A stretch of DNA of 64,000 nucleotides from an uncultured delta proteobacterium. Its GTDB lineage: Bacteria > Desulfobacterota > Desulfobacteria > Desulfobacterales > JAHEIW01. The stretch spans positions 1 to 64,000 of the forward strand of contig CAVPNL010000004.1 of the NCBI GenBank assembly GCA_963706575.1. The letters run 5' to 3'. The translations under genes and the position numbers were made by a program. Under the pieces are notes generated by a model that searched no databases, was not told where the DNA came from, and was given only the letters and a program-made list of their open reading frames with translations. Of this stretch, positions 61,122 through 64,000 are shown one piece after another (position 1 is the stretch's first letter; each line of letters opens with the position of its first letter).

Positions 61122-63376
61122 ATGAGAAAGCTCACACGATACGGTCGTATTTCAATCCGTCTGTCAGGAGTGCTACATGGGAGATGGGGTATTGGTTTAT
61201 GTTAAAAACGGTAAAGTGGTTAAAATAAAGGGTGATCCCGATTCACCTGTCACCGAGGGTGACAATCTCTGCTCCAAGTGCCGCAACGTGATAAACGGAA
61301 CCCTTTATAATCCTGACCGGCTTAAATATCCTTTAAAAAGACGCGGCCAAAAAAGGAGAAGATAAATGGGAACGCATCTCCTGGGATCAGGCCATTGACG
61401 AAATCACGGATCAAATCATAAAAATTCATGAACAACAGGGCCCGCTTGCATTTGCGGCCTCTGTTGACGGGTGGCATTATACCCTTTGCTGCATGCTGAT
61501 GCGGGCCCTTGGCAGTCCGAATCTGCTCAAGAGCATGGAACACTGCGAAGGTCCCAGTCGGGTCATGGATTTGGCTGTTGTCGGAGATATCTGCACCCAA
61601 TTCGGGCATGGTCCCGATACACGAGACAGTAAATGCGTTGTGATCTGGGGACAAAATCCGCCCGAAACCCACCTGCCGCAATGGCGCTGGATTCAGGAGG
61701 CCAGAAAAAACGGCGCCATACTCATCACGATTGACCCGCGCAACATTTCAGTTGCCAAGCAGGCCGATGTCTGGCTCCAGGTCAGACCGGGTGCAGACGG
61801 TGCCCTGGCATTGGGTATGATAAAAGTTATGATCGAAGAAGATCTCTATGATAAAGACTTTGTCAATCAGTGGTGTCACGGTTTTGACGAACTCAAAACG
61901 CATGTTAAAAACTAGTCGCTCGAAAAAATCGAAGAGATTACCTGGGTGCCCAAAAAAGACATTATAAAGGTCGCCCGCCTGTATGCCGGCATTAAACCGG
62001 CATCTCTGGTCAGTGGCATCGGCGTGATGCAGGGATACGGTTCTACGGCAACCGGACATGCCCATTCCATTTTAGTGGCGATCAGCGGGAATCTCGATGT
62101 GCAGAGGGGGCAATCTTTTATCCGGAGAACGGAAACCACCCGGTTTTTATTCGGCCTATGAATTCCTCAAACCGAGCTACCCCCAGCATCTGTTGCCCGT
62201 TGAAATCGAGGAAAAAAGAATCGGTTACAATGAATTTCCACTCTGGTCAGGGGTTAAGGCGCCGATTAGCGCCTGCCATAACGAGCTGACAATAAAGGCC
62301 ATGCATACAGGCAAACCATACCCGATTAAGGCCTTGATCAACCATGGAACCAATCTTCTAACCCAGTTTCCCGAGCCCAGGACGGTTTACAACGCTTTAC
62401 AACAGCTCGATTTAAGCATTCATTTTAACTATATGATGACGCCGACTGCAGCACTAGCAGATTATGTGTTGCCTGCCGCTCACTGGCTGGAAAGGGATGA
62501 AATACCGCTGATTGCCGGACTGTGGCAGCCGGCCATAGAAGCTCGTGTTCAGACGGTCAGAACCCTATGGCGAATCCAGAAATGAACAGCAGGTCATATT
62601 GGATATTTATTGGAAGTTGATCGAAAAAGGGTTCAAACCCCAAAAGAGCCGCACCGATGCTGATTTCATCCAATGGCGAACAATCCCCGAATTTCTCGAT
62701 TATTGCCTGAAAGGATTTGGAGCGACGTGGCAGGAATTAAAAGAACGTCATGTATTGCCGTTTCCAGCCAAGCCATACCGGTTATATGATCAAGACGGTT
62801 TTAAGTTTAAGACACCTACGGGAAAAGTGGAGTTATTTTCAACCACCATGGAACAATTGGGTCTCGATCCGCTGCCGAATCACCGTGAACCACCCGAGTC
62901 CCCGATTTCAACCCCCGGGCATGCTGAGGAATACCCCCTTATTCTTATGGAGGCCAGGGTAAGAGGCGGGGCTTTTATGCATTCAAGCAATCGCTGGGCC
63001 CCGTGGGCGAGAAAATCCCACCCTTATCCCCAGATGGACATCCACCCGGATACAGCAGGAACGCTCGGCATCAGGAACGACGATTGGGTCTGGATTGAAA
63101 ATTCGCGGAGCAAAAATAATGCACAAAGCCAGGATCACCAGAAATATCGATAAACGTGTGGTGAGCTGTGAGCCGGGATGGTGGTATCCGGAAAAAGGCG
63201 GGCCTTTATATGGTGTCTGGCAGTCCAATATCAGCCTCTTCACCTCCCTGGATGGGCCTTATGACCCTGCCCAGGGGACACCCACTCTGAGGACGATGCT
63301 TTGCAGGGTTTCAAAAGTAAGTGAAAAGGACCTGCCGGATGAAGATCAGTTCTGGTTATCTGCAAAGATAAGATAG
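61122..63376 (+). CDS. Molybdopterin (DMSO reductase family) oxidoreductase, acetylene-hydratase-like clade; several frameshifts and one in-frame TAG
   Basis: CQECYMGD..LCSK, PDRLKYPLKR, WERISWDQA, EHCEGP, IDPR, RPGADGALALG, ADYVLPA, TPTGKVE, HS, GWW spread over frames. Confidence 0.8.
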
Positions 63377-63409
63377 ACGGCTAAACACACTTGGGGACAG
63401 GAGGAAAAA

Positions 63410-63557
63410 TTGAATACTGTGAAACTTGGCGGAATGCATCGAATGCGGTCAATGTGAGGAAAAGTGCCCCTATAATCTGCCGATCGCCGACCTGCTTAAA
63501 GAGAACCTGGCGCTTTTTAAAGAAATCGAAGAAACCAAAGATCTGCCAGGTACTTGA
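63410..63557 (+). pseudogene. Short 4Fe-4S dicluster fragment resembling the C-terminus of Fe-S aldo/keto reductases
   Basis: AGGAGG RBS, TTG, then one extra base and AECIECGQCEEKCPYNLPIADLLKE...TGA. Confidence 0.5.
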
Positions 63558-63639
63558 AAGACGGTTGTTCTATCGTGTATATGGATAACGCGTAGAAAGA
63601 CATCTTACAACAGGATCACCCTGTAAAAAGGAGGCAATC

Positions 63640-63843
63640 ATGGAAATGAAAAAAGTGTTGGCAGGATGGAACAAGATCTGTCCCGGCTGCAACATCGGAC
63701 GTAAATATCCGGATTCATTTATCGGCAAAAAAGTGAGAGAGCACTGGGAGAAAGGCTGCCCATCCCATAACGCCTATGTCCAGGTTTACGGCAGCGATGA
63801 GCCTTCGCCGAAGGGTATCCGGGAAAAATCCGACGACAAGTGA
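63640..63843 (+). CDS. Small Cys/His-motif protein
   Basis: AAGGAGG RBS; 67 aa; CPGC...HWEKGCPSH. Confidence 0.65.
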   Translation: MEMKKVLAGWNKICPGCNIGRKYPDSFIGKKVREHWEKGCPSHNAYVQVYGSDEPSPKGIREKSDDK

Positions 63844-63898
63844 TGTCTTTGGCGGATTATTGGGTTGAAACGGGTGAAAGATATCATTAATGTGCTTA

Positions 63899-63922
63899 GA
63901 TGGGGTTTCGAAACCACTTCTA
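63899..63922 (-). mobile_element. IS/MITE-like terminal repeat
   Basis: Inverted copy (23/24) of 34012-34035. Confidence 0.5.
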
Positions 63923-64000
63923 ATAAAATACCAGATCGGTTGAATAATAAAAGAAGCGCTCAAGATTATTCGTATTGCCGTTAACACTATTTTACGCGCA

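Noticed and set aside
61913..61915. In-frame TAG in the molybdopterin enzyme as a possible pyrrolysine codon
   Set aside because: The position corresponds to a non-catalytic Tyr-like site (KN-x-SLE), one substitution from TAT/TAC, in an error-dense region; there are no pyl genes in the window
34012..63922. A 30-kb composite transposon bounded by the inverted 24-mers
   Set aside because: The interval holds housekeeping genes and no transposase; independent MITE scars are more parsimonious
63841..63987. Sec readthrough of the small protein's TGA, or a 90-aa minus-strand gene
   Set aside because: The TGA is not in a Cys-motif context, and the downstream sequence contains the MITE-like end

Overview
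Chromosomal window from an anaerobic deltaproteobacterium. Gene content, Sec usage and repeat style suggest Desulfobacterales; this is inference. No rRNA, tRNA, CRISPR array or intact transposase was found. (1) A minus-strand operon hdrA-like(HdrL)-mvhD-metV-metF, in which both HdrL and MvhD carry an in-frame TGA at a conserved Cys position followed by a hairpin. They are selenoproteins that the ORF track truncates. (2) A divergent Rossmann-PAS histidine kinase / sigma-54 response regulator / archaemetzincin operon. (3) An accessory block at about 14-29 kb: two c-type cytochromes, a membrane sulfatase-family protein and a convergent run of methyltransferase, three glycosyltransferases, two radical SAM/SPASM enzymes and a TIGR04282/DUF2064 transferase. 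(4) A sigma-54-driven pair of Cys-rich GcvH-like proteins lacking the lipoylation motif. (5) A nuoE-DRTGG-nuoF operon. Where a HydA catalytic subunit is expected, it encodes a third selenoprotein (membrane-anchored RnfB fused to a GltD/NfnB-like flavoprotein) plus RseC. About 6 kb away lies the rest of the hydABCD-type accessory cassette (DRTGG, HATPase kinases, group D [FeFe]-hydrogenase-like protein, PHP, HydD-like ferredoxin). This HydA-less, Sec-RnfB-coupled HydBC module is the best candidate for an undescribed system. (6) Purine/MTA salvage genes, housekeeping genes, a PaaK-like ligase and an acetylene-hydratase-like molybdopterin enzyme. Many single-base frameshifts at 44-46 kb and 60-63.5 kb look like long-read consensus errors. 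Intergenic DNA is rich in inverted 7-9-mer tandem repeats, REP-like hairpins and MITE-like ends.
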